In this document: positions 63,095 through 64,000 of the stretch, piece by piece
How the letters are laid out: the number at the start of each line of letters is the position of its first letter
Position numbering within the stretch: the stretch's first letter is position 1
Assembly (NCBI GenBank): GCA_027339965.1
Contig: DAHWNL010000034.1
Coordinates: 59,551 to 123,550, forward strand
DNA from: Granulicella sp.
GTDB lineage: Bacteria > Acidobacteriota > Terriglobia > Terriglobales > Acidobacteriaceae
Direction of reading: 5' to 3'
DNA: 64,000 nucleotides
Translations under genes and position numbers: made by a program
Notes under the pieces: generated by a model
Database searches by the model: none
The model's input: only the letters and a program-made list of their open reading frames with translations
Told to the model about the DNA's origin: nothing

Positions 63095-63809
63095 ATGGCC
63101 GGGAGCACGAGACTTGCCTTCATCGAGTGTCATGCTCAGCCGATCAGTTGGCAAGACGACCCCACGACGTACCGGGTTGCGGGAATTGCGGAGAAATTAA
63201 AGCGGATAGATGGGTCTATCCGCAATCTTGACTGCGATATTGATCTGTTCTTTTCAAGACGGGAAGTACTCTCTCCTAACGGAACCCGATAGCGAAGACT
63301 GGCAGGCGGCGGTCGACTATCACATGAGTCGGTCCATCCCGCGCCGCTTCGCCGTGCTGACGGGATAGATCATCCACCATCTTCGCTCTTGTCTGGACCA
63401 TGCTGTATGGGCTCTGTCGGACGACAATTCAAGGGAAACCAAGAGCGCCGCCATCGAGAACCCGATCTTTGACAGCAATCCGGAAGGAAACAAGAAAGAC
63501 AAAGACTACGAGCGGAAAATAAAAGGAATCACAGATCAGAAAATCGGGGCTCTGATTGAGAAGAGCCAGCCATACAGACCTGACGACCAAGCTAAGGAAC
63601 ACCCTCTTTTGATCCTTCACGACCTCGACAGGTTCTGGAGGCACCGCGAGCTCGTGCTCGTCTCATCGGCTGCGATTGCAAGCGTTCCGAACAACCCACC
63701 CGAGCTTGCGGAAAGGGCGGAACAATCCCAGAAGCACAAGGAGCCGACGTCTGTGGACATTGCCCTTGTCAACGCACGCAAGGAGGGGGCCTCATCAAAC
63801 CCGGCTTAG
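63095..63809 (+). pseudogene. Disrupted hypothetical gene (frameshift ~63250-63254, in-frame TAG 63366-63368)
   Basis: Joining frames gives ...AEKLKRIDGSIRNL..IDLFF/QDGKY...FAVLTG*IIHHLRSCLDHAVW...QPY...HPLLILHDLDRFWRHR, a coherent protein. Confidence 0.65.
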
Positions 63810-63845
63810 CTTTCGGGCACTTCGGAACTCGAAAACTCTACCCAC

Positions 63846-64000
63846 TAGAGCACTCTGCCAAATACGATAGATCTGTGGCGCAGAGCCGGAACCATCCCCT
63901 GGCATCTTCCGGGGTGATGAGTTTCAGCGCCTCGCCCGTGGCTTGATCGAGCAGCTCTTCGCTTCTTGCCTTGGCTTTGCGCAGGATGTGCTTGAGCTTG
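63846..64000 (-). mobile_element. Right end of an IS630-family element (transposase C-terminus, truncated by window edge)
   Basis: Minus-strand frame 63999-63838 reads KLKHILRKAKARSEELLDQATGEALKLITPEDARGWFRLC, like IS630 C-termini; TA followed by GAGCACTCTGCCAAA as putative end. Confidence 0.7.

Noticed and set aside
63366..63368. Pyrrolysine or programmed readthrough at the in-frame TAG
   Set aside because: The same ORF also has a frameshift and no pyl genes are visible; a GAG-to-TAG mutation is simpler

Overview
GC-rich bacterial chromosome segment, most likely Acidobacteriota (inferred from gene content and family-typical hypothetical proteins; not verified by search). It is mostly housekeeping: ABC-F, bshC, Nudix, csp, PolX, GH42, E1 alpha/beta, MscS, RecQ, glmU, tmRNA, UbiD, MTAP, PfkB. 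The highlight is a ~20 kb energy locus at 10956-30637. Two-subunit 2-oxoacid:ferredoxin oxidoreductase and single-chain pyruvate:ferredoxin oxidoreductase genes run leftward. They are divergent, across a 79-bp spacer with a perfect TGTGA-N6-TCACA box, from a complex I-like operon ordered A-B-C-D-I-H-J-K-L-M-M-N. That operon has no NuoE/F/G, two dissimilar NuoM genes (the second lacks the TM7 Lys), a NuoL lateral helix lengthened by about one 26-residue unit, and mini-ORFs bridging four internal spacers. Other points of interest: a leaderless Cys/His small membrane ORF heading an RND efflux operon, a recurring leaderless-promoter signature, a candidate ~120-nt sRNA upstream of tmRNA, an orphan superinfection-immunity-type gene, a 14-bp tandem repeat, and a pseudogene next to an IS630-like element at the right edge. 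All product calls come from motif recognition by eye, not database searches.
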